This document shows, piece after piece, positions 37,279 to 51,648 of a DNA stretch of 64,000 bases (position 1 is its first letter; the number at the start of each line of letters is the position of its first letter). The stretch comes from Octopus sinensis. Lineage: Eukaryota. Made by a program: the position numbers and the translations under genes. The stretch lies in contig NC_043006.1 in the NCBI RefSeq assembly GCF_006345805.1, forward strand, positions 31,310,001-31,374,000, read 5' to 3'. The notes beneath the pieces are model-generated. The model was not told the origin of the DNA, did not search any database, and worked only from the letters and a program-made list of their open reading frames with translations.

Positions 37279-37870
37279 GTCCTCAGTAGACCAACAGATG
37301 TGAGAAGGAAAGAAAAGAGAATGACGGTTACGCTGCAGCAACTGGAAGTAGTACCAGCTGCAATCAAACATACTGGTGTATCCTCAGTGCATCTCAAGTG
37401 GACGAGCGTGGCTCGAGAACGTGGCCTGAGCACAGCGTACAGACAGCCATACTTCCAAGTTTTTTCTTGGCCGGACAGACAGAAAGACAAATGAAATGCA
37501 GACTCTGTCGATAAGCATCTCGAGACGTTGCCCTCTTCCTCATTCTCTCTCCCTAACTCTCTCTCTCTTTCTCTCACAAAAAAATGGCACGTCCAGTAAG
37601 AAAACGCAGCTCTACGCGTAAACCCTCAGTAGACAACAGACATACATCACCATCACCACCTCTACCACCGTCACCGCCGCCGCCTCCACCACCACCACCA
37701 TGATGATAAAATGTTCTTCTGCCAGTCAAGCAAACGACGTGTGGTAGAAACCAACCTATCGGGTGCCAGCGACTTTAACCTACCCGCAATCTCACCTGCT
37801 CTAAAACAGAAATCTTAAAGGACAGTCGCTTGACAAAGACCTTACGAACAGCGGGGTTCTTCGACTAAAG
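37279..37870 (+). other. Possible 5'UTR exon with short upstream ORFs
   Basis: Pyrimidine-rich acceptor ...gtttcctgtcag at 37278; 57-aa ORF from about 37320; aaaaaaATGGCACGTCCA|GTAAGA at about 37584-37601. Confidence 0.2.
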
Positions 37871-38220
37871 AGGTACATATTACTTCTGAGAGTTTAGAGA
37901 CACAAGCGTTCACACGCGCTCAACTTCCTTGATAGACATTTTAATTTTTCTTCTTTTTTTTTTCATTTAGTTTAACAAAACACGAAACTCCTTCCACCCT
38001 CTTCCTCTTCTTTCTCTCCCTTCAACTCCCCGTTTCTCTTTTTTTTTTATCCTTTTGAAGTTTACGTCAAGGAGATGATAAAATATTTTAGCGACGCATT
38101 TTCTGAAATCTCAAAGTTGAAGATTTTTTCAGTACTTATATATGCATACATACCATACATACACACATACATACATACATACATCATACATACATACATA
38201 CCATACATACATACATAACC

Positions 38221-38279
<59 letters not shown>

Positions 38280-39163
38280 GCGCATGAATATGCACACACG
38301 CACACACATTTGCGCATTTACATGTAATTACAAAAGCATAGGTGTGTATGTGTCTCTGTGTGTCCATGTGTGTTTGTGCGTGTGTAATACAATGAATGGT
38401 GGATTTATCTTGGTTTAATCCCAACTTCAGTTTAATACAAAGTTAAAATAATAGTTTTTAATATTATTCTCAGGCGAGTTATTTGTATAGACGTTTGTTT
38501 GCTGTTGTTGTTTCGGAAAGTTTGTTCTTAGTTTGGTAACAGTTTAATTTTTGTTTTGAATTTAAAAGATTTTTCCAAGTCTGTTCATAGTCTTCGTTAT
38601 TTTTCATTATATATTTTCAAAAAGCTGAAACTTCTTACTTTATATTTTACACGCTTAAGATAAATATTACAGGAGTAAATATTAGTTTTTACAATAACGA
38701 TAACGAGAAGAGCAAAACATAGAGAAGAGAGCATCACTCTATCTTCCAACAACAAATTAACAAACACCTTCATAATTCTGGAAATGACGAGCTTATTGTA
38801 ATTCAAATTTACAACTTTACTATCTAATTTTGTTGATATCGGTAGGGGTTAGAGCTATGTAAAAACCTATCAAATGCTCGTCGATTTAAATTTATCCCAA
38901 AACATATTTGGCCCTTGATTGTGTTTAGAATATTATTTTTGGTTAAGAATCCTTATGTTTACATATATTCTTTTGTATAGAATATTTCATACTCTTCGCC
39001 TCTCTTGAGCGTATTTAAAGGTTTCTTTGTCATTTCTATCATAATTAATACAACAATAACATACTCAAAACTATTAAGGGTCAGGTGAGAATGAACTGTC
39101 GGCTTACGTTATAAGTTTGATATTAGCTTTGTTCAAATTCTCACATTATATGTCTGTGTGTGG

Positions 39164-39197
<34 letters not shown>

Positions 39198-40304
39198 CAC
39201 ACACACATACATGCACATGCACATAGGCACATATACATACGTGTAAAAGCCTACACATACATACATATATATATATAATGGGTGATCTTATGTGTGTGTA
39301 TGTATGAACATATGCATATGTGTGTGTATGTCGCATGCGCAATGCAAGGGTGCAAAGTGCTCAACGGATGAAGATGATGATGATGATGATGATGATGGTG
39401 GTGGTGTGTGCTGCACTTGATGTTCGAAATTTCATTTTCTGCTTGGAAACCAGAGAAAAAGACGTTTCCCAGGCTTAAAATTTACTCAACTTGGATGTCC
39501 TGAGGTTTGTTCTCGCCATTGATTTCATATTTGGGTGAGTTATTTGTTTTATTAAACATTTCTTCCTCTCCTATTCAATGCAAATCCTCTCTGTCTCCCC
39601 CTCTCGCTCCTCGCACTCTTTCTATCTACTTATCTCTCTCTTTCACTCTCCTACGTACTCCGTCCGCTCTTTATTTATTCTCTTTATTTTCGTCTATTTT
39701 AATATCACTTTACTGAAAAGAAAACAGAAAAGGCCCAGCCCACTTCTATATGCAACCAGTTCTTCTCCCCCTTTCTCTTTCTCTCTTGCTTTTTTATGTT
39801 CATATATAGAAGGAAGAAAAATATACAAAGAGAAATCTATAGAAGACAAGAAAAAAAAACAACTTTTATTTCAAGTTTTGACTGCTATTAAATATTATTG
39901 CTGTTGTTGATTGAACGAGCGACTGGTGTCGAAGCTTCAGGCTATTGCCAGTTATGGCAAGCATTTCTAAAAAAAATTAGTCACACAATCAATGTAGCCA
40001 TTTCGACATGGCCTGAGACAAAAAAACAACAACATCATCAAATCCGCCCTTTGCAGCTGTAGACACCCATTTCCTTCTGGCTCACTTGTTGTAGACGTCA
40101 GCAAGTACAACAGCAACAACAACATTGCCGATATAATAATGATGTTGATGCTGTTATTGTCACATTAGTTCATTGGTTTCCTACTAAAATAAACGAGAAA
40201 AACGCTTCTATGTCCTCCTTTTGATGAACAAAAAACAAAAAAATGAAATTCAACCTGCGTGCGCGCACGCGCGTGACAAGACTCTCCCACACACCCACCC
40301 ACCT

Positions 40305-40335
<31 letters not shown>

Positions 40336-40899
40336 CCAATATACTCGCATAGAAATTTAGATTTATTTATTTAAAAGGAAACAAAACTAGACACAGTTAC
40401 ATGAAATATATTGTGTAACTAAATCCTCCAAGTTTTTCTATCTTCCTTTCTCCTTTCTTTTCTTCTTCCAAATGATTTACCGTTATTGTTCATAACTTAA
40501 TCAGAGCGTTAACATAAATATCTTTTCCTTCTAAACGACAATTTTTAGCTTTTTGATTCAGCAATGCTAGCCGGGGTGTTTTCAATAAATTATTTGTTAT
40601 TTTCGTTCTCAATCAGAAAGAGTTTTGAAAATAGACGTTTTCAATTGTTGCTCCAAGTTACTGAGATTTTTATTCAATGAAAAATATTATTCAATAATAA
40701 TAATGAAAAACATTTTAGTAATTCATTTGTAAGCCTACATAGGTTTTGTTACTTTGTTTAAATGATAATTGCTGCGAACAATGTAAATTATATTGTATTT
40801 AACTTAAAATTCAAAAGCTATCTGAAACTTTTAAAAATCAAAAGACTGAGGGAGACAACCCCAGACTTTACTATATTTTTGACGTTCGGCATCGTCTCC

Positions 40900-40985
40900 C
40901 CTGTTTCAGCGCGCGCTGTCTTACAACTCTGTGTCGTCTGCTAGCAGCTGCCATCTTTAGAGGGCCTTTGTCTGACAGCGACGGC
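40900..40985 (-). promoter_or_regulatory. CpG-rich patch with YY1-like AAGATGGCAGC
   Basis: gctgccatcttt at about 40947-40958 and a gcgcgcg run in otherwise AT-rich DNA. Confidence 0.2.
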
Positions 40986-41651
40986 GAGGTTTTTTATGAA
41001 ACGCTCATGAAACGGATTTTCTTTTTCATTCTTGATGTATCAAATCTTTAAACGTAAATCTCTAATATATTTGTAATTAAAAGTTTAAATAGAGTAAAAT
41101 CGATAATAATTAGAATTAATCATTATTAAAACAATAGATCCATTAACTATTTGCACCGATAAGTTAGCAACGTTGAGATGAACGGTGCAGTTCTAAATAA
41201 ATGAGACAATGATTTTTGGCAAAACAGCATGCGAATAATAACAGTTGAAAGATTAGAAGCCTAAAAATAATCTTTATATACTTAATAAAAACTAGTTTAG
41301 AATTATATATATATATCTTCTATTAGTTACAAATTATGTGCACGCCAATTAAACTGAAGACATCGGTGTAATATTTCAAAGACAGATTATATAGCATGGT
41401 GAAATAACGAAGAAAATTTTAATATGAGAAAGAGAAAAAAAGTTTTATGTATTAGTTTACAAACAATGGTTTTTATTTGTTATTTAAAATAATAAACACT
41501 AAAGAAAAACAATATGAGAAAAAAAATTCCAAAAGGATTTGAAAATGTTTAAATCTACTTTTATTTTTATTTTTTTATTTTTGCTATTCACATATAAATG
41601 TTAAAGAAATATTCTATTATTATATTTAATTTTAGTATCCAGGTCAAGTTT

Positions 41652-41820
41652 AGATATATGGGAGGGCTGTCACTAGTTTCTTTTGTAACTTATAATAAGG
41701 TCCCAGCCGCTAATAGTGACAAGCTATGAGAGCGTCATAATTGCAGTGGATGGAGTAAAATAATCTGACAACCTCCCGACTGTCTCTGCATTATACCAGC
41801 ATCACTCTCTCCGCCATACA
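41652..41820 (+). repeat. Source copy of a 169-bp local duplication
   Basis: Appears identical to 43018-43186. Confidence 0.95.
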
Positions 41821-42038
41821 ATAATGACACAGGACCATTAAACAGAGCGACGCTGCTGTTACGTGATAAGAGAAAAAAAATATGTGCAGATGACATCTTT
41901 CCACTTTCGCTCACTTAATTGTCCCCTATTACAACTTATATATATATATATATATATATATTATATGAATATATGTGTGTGAATATATTATATATATGTA
42001 TAATATATATTATAGTATATATTATATATATATATATA

Positions 42039-42085
<47 letters not shown>

Positions 42086-42141
42086 TATAATATATATATA
42101 TATAAATACATATATATATATATATATATACATACATACAT

Positions 42142-42230
<89 letters not shown>

Positions 42231-42344
42231 TGTATATATATATTATATATATATATATTTATATTATAATATATATATATATAATATATATATTATCTAT
42301 ATATATATGTATATATATAGTATATATATTATAATGTATAATAA

Positions 42345-42399
<55 letters not shown>

Positions 42400-43017
42400 A
42401 TAATATATTATTATATATATTTATATATATATTTATATATGTGTGTATTCGTTTTGTGTTTAGTTTATACTTATTGTAGTTATAAGTGATTTTTTTGTGA
42501 TGATATATCGTCTTTATTTATTACATATTTTGTTATATCTTGAAAGATTTTCCTCGATTTTTCGACTCACATTTCTTTCAATGTCCAAACGATACTCTGT
42601 ATTCTTTTTCATGTTCAACTCTTTTTATTTGATTTGTGGCTCCATGTTTGTGTATTTACCCGCTTCTAACTTATTTGTCCACACTTTATTTCTTTATTTT
42701 CCTCCTTTTCACTACGGTAATCTTTTCATTATTAAACATCTAACAATTTTCACAATGCAACTATGAAAGCTGGGGTGACCTACCTTAAATTATGCACCAC
42801 TTGCTAGTCGTGCGCTTTCTTTCTAAAGATGACGTAAATACAAAAACGTGGGCAATGATTTTCTAGGTCGTGGCTGAACTCTCTGACATAAAAAAATGTA
42901 GAAAGTATATTAACCGCCAATGTGATCATCTTTCCCTTGATATCTTGGTTTAAATGAAAGAATTATTTATCCTTATGGTATTATATGAAGCTGTGGCTAA
43001 TTGTCTTAAGATATATA

Positions 43018-43186
43018 AGATATATGGGAGGGCTGTCACTAGTTTCTTTTGTAACTTATAATAAGGTCCCAGCCGCTAATAGTGACAAGCTATGAGAGCG
43101 TCATAATTGCAGTGGATGGAGTAAAATAATCTGACAACCTCCCGACTGTCTCTGCATTATACCAGCATCACTCTCTCCGCCATACA
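43018..43186 (+). repeat. Duplicated 169-bp segment flanked by TTAAGAT direct repeats
   Basis: TTAAGAT at 43006-43012 and 43187-43193. Confidence 0.9.
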
Positions 43187-43425
43187 TTAAGATCATCCCC
43201 AACTAATTGATGCGGCATTAAACGAAGACTATAATTATGCAGTTTATTATTTCTGACGTTAATTACCTCACTGTTATGTCTACTAATTTAACTGGAATAA
43301 TTTTTTAACAACATTTTGATATTTAGCGTTTTGAGTCTCCATAATATAAATAATTTCAAAAAGTACATTTCGAAGGAAACCACACCTACAATCTGGTTAA
43401 CATAATGCCTTCAGTTAGACGTTGG

Positions 43426-43470
<45 letters not shown>

Positions 43471-43879
43471 CAACGACGACAACAACAGCGATGACGTCGA
43501 CGACGACGATGATGATGATGATGATGACGAAGCCAAAATGAATACATACATACACACACACACACACAAACACTCTGTCTCTCTGTCTTTCATAAACACA
43601 AACACTCTCGGTCTCTCTGTCTTTCACACACACACACACACATACACACTCTTTCTTATACATATACGCATTCACACACTCACACACGCATACACACACG
43701 TACACACACACGTGCGCACGCACACATAAACTCACACATATACATACTCGCACGCGCACGCAAATCCGTGTTTTAATTTTGGTTTGGCGATGTATCTCGT
43801 AGTAACTTTTTATTAAACTAAATTTAAGACCAGTTTTTGATTCTCTTTCAGTAAATATCTGAATATTAGACTCTTAGGT

Positions 43880-44860
43880 AGAGGGCAGTTGTGGACCGGA
43901 CCAAGCATGAGGCCTCCGCAAGGCCGCTCAGTCGGCTAGAAACACCAGAAAAATCTGCCTCAAATAATGCCTTTGCGATTTAAGTAAAAAAAAAAACACA
44001 TTAGAAATTGTATTGGAAAAAGAAATAGAGAGGTATGAAGCTTCTTTACTCATAGGTTTGCTTGATAATGGATGATTCGGGGCTAAATGACAACAGCAGC
44101 AACAACAATAACAATGGTGTGCTCCTATTTGTTAGATGTCACTCCATATGTATGTAACTATTATAAAACAACGAGGGAAATTCTAGGCGGTTGGTCGACC
44201 TACTAGAATTAGCAGCATAATCCTCCTCAAATCACACTCTGCTGTCTTAAAGTGGAGGAACACATCGGATGGTATTGTTTTAGATATAGTGTCCTTAAAC
44301 TAAAAAGGTAGGATGATCACGGCTGGAATAGCTCTGAATCATAAGTCTGTTTTATTTGTGCTGCGATCTGGAGCTCAGTAAAACCATTCAATGACAATAA
44401 CAGAAAGACATAAAAGGTGACTCTACCTGGCTGTTCGACTTGCTAGAAATTGCAGCTAAGTCTTTGTCAGGTCGTGCTGAATCCTTTTAAAAAACCACAG
44501 GTTGCATAATTTGGTTCTTGGTTACCGGTACAAAAGAAAGAGGCTTGTTGATCACGGTTGGAATGACTTTGATCATAGGTCAGGTCGAGCAGAGTGGGAC
44601 TAAACAACAACAGCAACAACAACAATCGCCTTGTGACTATATTAGAGAGAAGAAGCATCGAGAAAACCGAATTAATGAAGGAGCCTGTATGTAATCACTC
44701 GATTTGCTAGAAATAGCAGCAAAACAAATTCTCTGAGATTACGACTTAACAAGAAGAAAGAGATGCATGTACCCAGGATAATGTTGACCTGGATACATTA
44801 TAGCTTAAACAAAGATCACGATAGGAACGCTTTTCATCATAGGTCTACCTAATCAAGATC
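43880..44860 (+). repeat. Several decayed copies of a short interspersed repeat (core GCTAGAAATAGCAGCCAAATCTCCCTCAAATCACAC); other copies at about 32050, 49770(-), 53600 and 61880(-)
   Basis: Recurrent motif variants read directly. Confidence 0.7.
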
Positions 44861-44899
44861 GACCTAAGCACCACATGCCCCCTTGTGGCTTATATTGGT

Positions 44900-45050
44900 T
44901 TCAAATTTTGACGCAAGGTGACAAAGTTTGGTAGAACGGAAGATAAGTCGATTACAAGTGATACTAATTTGATCGACCCCAGAAAGGGATGAAAGGTAAA
45001 TTTGACTCCGGTGGAATTCGAACTCAGAACGCAAAGACGGAAGAAAAGAC
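44900..45050 (-). mobile_element. Meta-domain SINE remnant
   Basis: gatcgaccccagaaagggatgaaaggtaaatttgactccggtggaattcgaactcagaac. Confidence 0.7.
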
Positions 45051-45133
45051 GATAAGCCAGTGGTTCCCAACCTGGGGTCTGCCAGCGCCTAGTGATTCGC
45101 GAAGGTAGTACTGGGGTTCCTTGAACAAAATTC

Positions 45134-45224
<91 letters not shown>

Positions 45225-45414
45225 TTGATTGATTGATAGATAGATAGATAGATAGATTAAAGGAGATTTAGAAATGAAAGCGGTTTCTTCAGCCAGTAAC
45301 TCTGTGAATATTGGTTGGGAGCATAGAAATGGATAGTTTTCCTTAAAGGAAATCGTAAACGAATAAATAAATACATAAATAAATAAATACATAAATAAAT
45401 ATATAAATAAGTAA

Positions 45415-45860
45415 TTATCCCAACCACTTGGTTCCCGGTTCAGTCCCACTACGTGGCACTTTCGGCAAGTGTTTCCTCCTCTAACTTCACACCGACAAAA
45501 GTCTTGTGATTGGATTTAGTAGACGAAAACCGAAAGAAGCCCTTCGTATATTTATATGTGCGCGGCACGTGAGTATGCGTGTGTGCGCGTGTGTGTGCGT
45601 GCGTATGTATGTGCGTGTGTGCATCTGTGTGTGTGCGTGTGTGTGTTTGTTTGTTTGCCCCTACTACAACGTGTGACACTCGGTGTTGGTGTGTTTATGG
45701 CCCAGTAACTTAGCGCTTTAGCAAAAGAAACCGATAGAATAAGTACCCGGCTTTAAAAAAAAATAAGTCCTGGGGTTGATTCATTCGGCTAGAAAGGTAT
45801 CGCTCCAGCATGGCCGCAGTCTAGGGACTGGAACAAGTAAAAGATCAAAAGATAAAAATA
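45415..45860 (+). mobile_element. Decayed tRNA-derived SINE (same family as 23195-23627)
   Basis: cccaaccacttggttcccggttcagtccca...ctccagcatggccgcagtc...gaacaagtaaaaga. Confidence 0.8.
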
Positions 45861-46219
45861 GTTCTTTCTCAAAAGCACGCAATTTCCCAAACTGATTTCT
45901 GGAAGAAATGTAAAATGGTATTGGTTCCTTTCTCTTGTTCCAGGAAAGCCACGCAGCTTAAATACTGAGGACTCGAGGTATCTTACAACCACAATGATTC
46001 TCTACATGTGTGGAAAACGAAAAGGATTAGTTCTCAGTCTCTGCCGTCTTAATTTTATTTAATCTGCACTCGATAATAAAAGGTACATTCGTTTGGATTT
46101 GATCTCTAGACCTGGAGAAACGAAAGGAAATGAAACTAAGTACTTATTCCGGTGTTAAACTGTTTCTACTAACCTTTCAGATATGTGGAAGTTCTCACAA
46201 TTTGGAGAAATATGGAAAC

Positions 46220-46477
46220 CAGTGGTTCTCTAGCAGGGTCCGGTATATATGGCATTCAGGGTTCCATTTAAGATTTTGTTATTAAAATGTATGTGCATTG
46301 AATTTCTTGTACTTCTACAATACACAAAAATTTTTGGAACAATTCCTAAAAAATATTTAATTGTCAAAATATAACAGGATATTTTTCAAACACTTAATGT
46401 CTATGAGAGTTCACCTGAGTTAAAATATTAATAAACGGGGTTAAGAGATAAAATAGAAAAATGGTTGAAAACCAATG
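46220..46477. mobile_element. hAT/Charlie-type MITE
   Basis: Ends CAGTGGTTCTC...GGTTGAAAACCAATG; flanks ATGGAAAC/ATGTGGAC (5/8 match). A related end CAGTGGTTCCCAACCT lies at about 45059. Confidence 0.55.
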
Positions 46478-46635
46478 ATGTGGACTATCTTGGAAGGATG
46501 AAGAGCAAAGAGATTTTGGTGGAATTGGAATTCAAGGGCTAAAACTAAATTAACACCGCTAAATATTACTGTCCCTGTTTCTATTGATTCTGCAAAGTCA
46601 CCCTTTTCAATATTACGGAAAATAATAATACTCTT

Positions 46636-46848
46636 TACTCTTACTCTTTTACTCTTTTGTTTCAGTCATTTGACTGCGGCCATGCTGGAGCACCGCCTTT
46701 AGTCGAGCAAATCGATCCCGGGACTTATTCTTTGTAAGCCCAGTACTTATCCTATCGGTCTATTTTGCCGAACCGCTAAGTGACGGGGACGTAAACACAC
46801 CAGCATCGGTTGTCAAGCAATGCTAGGGGGAGAAACACAGACACGCAA

Positions 46849-46885
<37 letters not shown>

Positions 46886-47047
46886 CGACAGGCTTCTTTC
46901 AGTTTCCGTCTACCAAATCCACTCACAAGGCATTGGTCGGCCCGGGGCTATAGCAGAAGACACTTGCCCTAGATGCCACGCAGTGGGACTGAACCTGGAA
47001 CCATGTGGTTGGTAGCAAGGTACTTACCACACAGCCACTCCTGCGCC

Positions 47048-47050
<3 letters not shown>
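46636..47050 (-). mobile_element. Intact tRNA-derived SINE
   Basis: Same family as 23195-23627; head ATAGGCGCAGGAGTGGCTGTGTGG, (GAGTAAAA)n tail. Confidence 0.9.
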
Positions 47051-47103
<53 letters not shown>

Positions 47104-47231
47104 TGATGATGAGGATGATGAAAAGATAAATTTCATACATAAATACATACATTCATACAAACATGTATACATATACGTATATACATACACATAAATATGT
47201 GTGTAAGTATATATATATATATGTATATGTA

Positions 47232-47360
<129 letters not shown>

Positions 47361-47403
47361 GCACGCACACATTCATACATACAAACATAATTATCTATCT
47401 ATA

Positions 47404-47450
<47 letters not shown>

Positions 47451-48444
47451 CATATATATGTATATATATGTGTGTGTATGATAGATAGATAATTATGTTT
47501 GTATGTATGAATGTGTATATGTACGTGTGTATGTATGTGTGTGTGTATGAACGTGTGTGTGTATGTACGTGTGTTGGTGTGTGTGTGTGTGTCAGAGTAA
47601 AATTAATACGTAAGCTGTACTGATGATAGTTATAAGATTTTAAATAAAACTAGTTTTTCTCTTCTTTTTTTTTTTTTTCCTCCTGCGTTTATCTTTAGAC
47701 ACAAAGCAAATTCATCACAAATACACATAAATGCAGCGAGTTGAAAATAATTAAGTAGATTCTATAGAAGAAGAAGAAGAAGAAGAAGAAGAAGAAGAAG
47801 AAGAAGCAGAGAAGAAAAGAAAAGAAGAAGAGAAGAAGAAGAAGAAGAAGAAGAAGAAGAAGAAGAAGAAGAAGAAGAAGAAGAAGAAGAAGAAGAAGGT
47901 GGTGGTGGTGGATTGAAAACAGAGAGGAAATGAGAGATCGGGTGAGAGATAGAGAGACAGGGAGAGATTGAGACAGACAGACACGCAGACAGAGTGAGAG
48001 AGAGAGAGAGAGAGAGAGAGGAAAATAGAAAGAGAGCAATGAATAGAAAGAAAGAAGAAAGGAAGCGATGATTGAACATTTTGGTGAGTTGAAGGGAGGG
48101 GCAGCACAAGGAGACGAACATTTGGTGTACTTTTGGGTTGTTTCTGGTTGTTTTGTATATTTGTTTAATATTTATTTCTGCTATTCTTAAGGCAAGTCTA
48201 TTGTGTCGGTGTTTATCGGTCAAGCAGGTGTAAACTATTACATGCTGACATGGTGAGCTTTTCTCTTTTTTTTTTTTTGTGTGTATCAAAAAACCCCAGA
48301 AAACAAAAATAGAGGAACGACAGACAATTGTCTTTTTAAGATGTGTTTATTGCTGTTAGTACAAACACCACTGGTGCTTCGACCGACCATAACTTTTACT
48401 GCTGCCGCTACTAAAACTAACACTACTACGAATAATAATAATGA

Positions 48445-48502
<58 letters not shown>

Positions 48503-48533
48503 TAATAATAATAATGATAATAACGATAATAAT

Positions 48534-48567
<34 letters not shown>

Positions 48568-48712
48568 GTAATAATAATAATCCGTTCTACTGGAGACACA
48601 AGACCTCAAATTTGTGTATGGCGGGGAGGACTAGTCGATTACGTCGACACCAGTGTTTCACTCGTACTTAATTTATCAACCCCGAAAGGGTGAAAGGCAA
48701 AATCGACCTGAA

Positions 48713-48765
<53 letters not shown>

Positions 48766-48786
48766 TAATAATAATAATAATAATAA

Positions 48787-48817
<31 letters not shown>

Positions 48818-48829
48818 AAGAATGATGCA

Positions 48830-49350
48830 GGTACTGGCTCTCATGGCTTCTGATCTTAACTGACTGGAAGTGTTATCATGTACATTGTTTTGTCTTGGTA
48901 TAAAAGATGGGCTACGGCAAATATTCTGCTAAATGCCACATATTTGCTTGTCAGTTGTTTGACCTTAACCAGTTGAGCATGTCCCTTAGTGGCTGACGAT
49001 ATGTGCATCTCTGACCACGAGCAGAAGTAGTGGGGGAGCATCATAGCCATGTGTTGAGAGGGATTCTTTGGGGTTTGGATAATTCACCTTTGGAAGCGTG
49101 GGTGTTTCGTTCAACACCTTGAAACAACCCTTATTCAGGGACCTTTTCATCGTGATGGGCTACTTGACCTCAAGGAAACTCTAACTGGGGCCAACTTGCA
49201 AAGTGACGCGCTGTTTATCTTGAAATGAGATCACCATGTCGCACACATATGGTTGTGATGCATGTGCCAGTGTACCCTTATCAAACGGGTAACCATGATG
49301 GGTATATTGAGCGTCGTATATTTGTACTCCAGTATCACTTTGATGGCATG
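48830..49350 (+). repeat. Interspersed repeat (unclassified retroposon-like 3' region) ending in (ACT)n
   Basis: 3' part matches 4020-4140. Confidence 0.6.
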
Positions 49351-49361
49351 TACTCAATAAT

Positions 49362-49441
<80 letters not shown>

Positions 49442-50300
49442 ACATCTCAAGCCCAAAACTACACATTTTGAAAGAGGATATAGTCGATTAAATGTTCAAA
49501 GGAACCCAGTACTTGGCCTAGGAAAAAAGGAGATAGCTTTAATCGACTTTAGTGCGGGACAAAAGAGAAGCGTGACATTCATGCCTTTCCTACATATAAA
49601 TGAATGGAAGGGTTTTTAAATAGGGACCAAAACGGTATTGCTCTAAGGGTTGTTGTTGTTGTTTAGTCTCTGGTCAGTCCTGTCCGAACAAACATACGAT
49701 CAAAGGTATTCTAACCATGGCCACCTCGTCTTATTTCTGACAATTACATAACTGATTTAGTAGCATGTGATTTGGGAGATATTTGGCTGCTGCTTCTAGT
49801 GGGCTGAGTGACCATGTAAGGGTTTGTTCATTGATCGTTATGTAGGTTTGCAGGGAATTTGCTTCTGATTCAGCGATGTCTACGTCCACCAATAATAAGA
49901 ATACAACTTTTTCCAAATTTTGGCACACGATAATTTATTTTATCAGGAGAGGTAACAATTATATCGACACCAGCACATGACTGGTACTTTATTTTATCGA
50001 CGCCGGAAGAAGGAAATATAAAGTTGACTTCGGATGGATATGACACCAGAGGGCAAACTAATGGAACAAATACCGAAAGTCATTTTGTTCAAGTTACTGA
50101 CAATCCTGTCAATCTATTAATAGTTATGGTATAATAATTATGTAAATAGGCCAGAGGGATTAGTGCGCAGGATATAAGGATTTTGAGGATTTGTTCCGGC
50201 CTTCTATCCCTCTCAATCCGAATTCTACTAGGATTAGCTTCGTCCTTCATCCTTTAGGATCACTAACAGAATACTAAGCAGATTCTTTTTTTTTTATTAC

Positions 50301-50351
50301 CTTATCTCTCACACTCTCAGAATTTCCAGGAACCGACAAAATGGTTTCTTG
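50301..50351 (-). CDS. Candidate 51-nt exon QETILSVPGNSESVRDK
   Basis: TTGTTTTTAG acceptor, AAG|GTAATA donor, open in phase 0-0. Confidence 0.25.
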
Positions 50352-51648
50352 CTAAAAACAAGTAAATGAATTTTCCCAGGGAATTTCTTTGACATGCACA
50401 AGAGTTTGTCAAAAAGTTCCTGAAGTGTTATTCGCCGATCTAACAAGGTATCTGTCCCGAAATTCTTTAGGAGTGCATTTAAAGTAAGCCTAAAAGGATT
50501 TTGGTGTTCAAGACGAAATACACCACACTGAGAAATAATTCTTGCAACAAGGAAATACCAAACTAGATACACTTGCGCTTTTTAAAATGGGTAATTATAG
50601 TAGTAATTACCTGAAAGTGGTCTTGAATAGCATGATTAAATGATTAAATCGAGGAATGTTAATTAAGAATAAAAAAGCAGTATGTTGTAGTTTGCTGTGA
50701 GGAAGTTTAACACCAGGTCCTTTGTCCAAGCAACAACACCTTGATTATAATTAGTACATTAAACGAACTGCTATGATAGTAATTACACTAAAAATATAAT
50801 TTATAAATGTTCTCGGCAAACATCATTTTGTAAGAAGTATTGTCTTCATTACTGATTCTACCAGGTCACTGTTTTGTGCTACTTGTAATAAAAGAAAATC
50901 AGATTCGCTTGTGGTTGCTCTTCAATACTGAATGCATTAAATTACTTGCAATAAAATATGTAGCCTGTCACCCTAACGCTGACCATTTTATCTTTTCTTT
51001 ATTTTGTTTTTCAGAAATGACCATTAGTGAGAGAAAATGATGCTTTTTATTATTTTTATTCTGGACGTCTATGTCTTTTTCCAGGAACACAACAAAAACC
51101 GGGTGGAGGTGTCTCCAGATATCACATAACAGACTCTGCATGAAGATTATAACCACAAAATGCTATAAAAAAAATAAATTCTATAATATTAATAACGATC
51201 TCTAGTATAACCACAAAACACATATTTGAAATGTCTTCGGGGGAATATATTTTAACGATGGTAAAAGTTTTAAAAGCGAAGTCAATCTCGATAGGATTGG
51301 AACGCAGAATGTAAAAACACTTCTAAACACACTGCAATATAGTTTGATACTCCACCGACTTTACCAATCTACCGCCTTTGGTGTATAATTAATAACAAAT
51401 ACTATTTTTATGATAATTAATCAGCAGATACTATCTTATTGCTAATCTATGATGATATCGTTTTAAATAAAATCTGCCTGGAATGGGGTTGGTCACCATT
51501 GATCATAGGTTTTTTTCGATCAGAACTGACTTAGTTCTAAATAAGAATAATTCGAATTTTCTCAATCTTACAATGAAAATGCATTCCAAGATATTTTTTT
51601 TACCATTTTCCAAACTAAAATTTCAATATAGTTGTCGTTTTTTTTTAC

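Noticed and set aside
40257-40275. GCGTGCGCGCACGC palindrome (Z-DNA-prone)
   Set aside because: Short, and typical of decayed (CA)/(CG) repeats in this genome.
51070-51165. In-frame TGA (AESVM*YLETPPPGFCC) as possible selenocysteine
   Set aside because: No SECIS identified, no selenoprotein family motif, and the exon itself is unproven.
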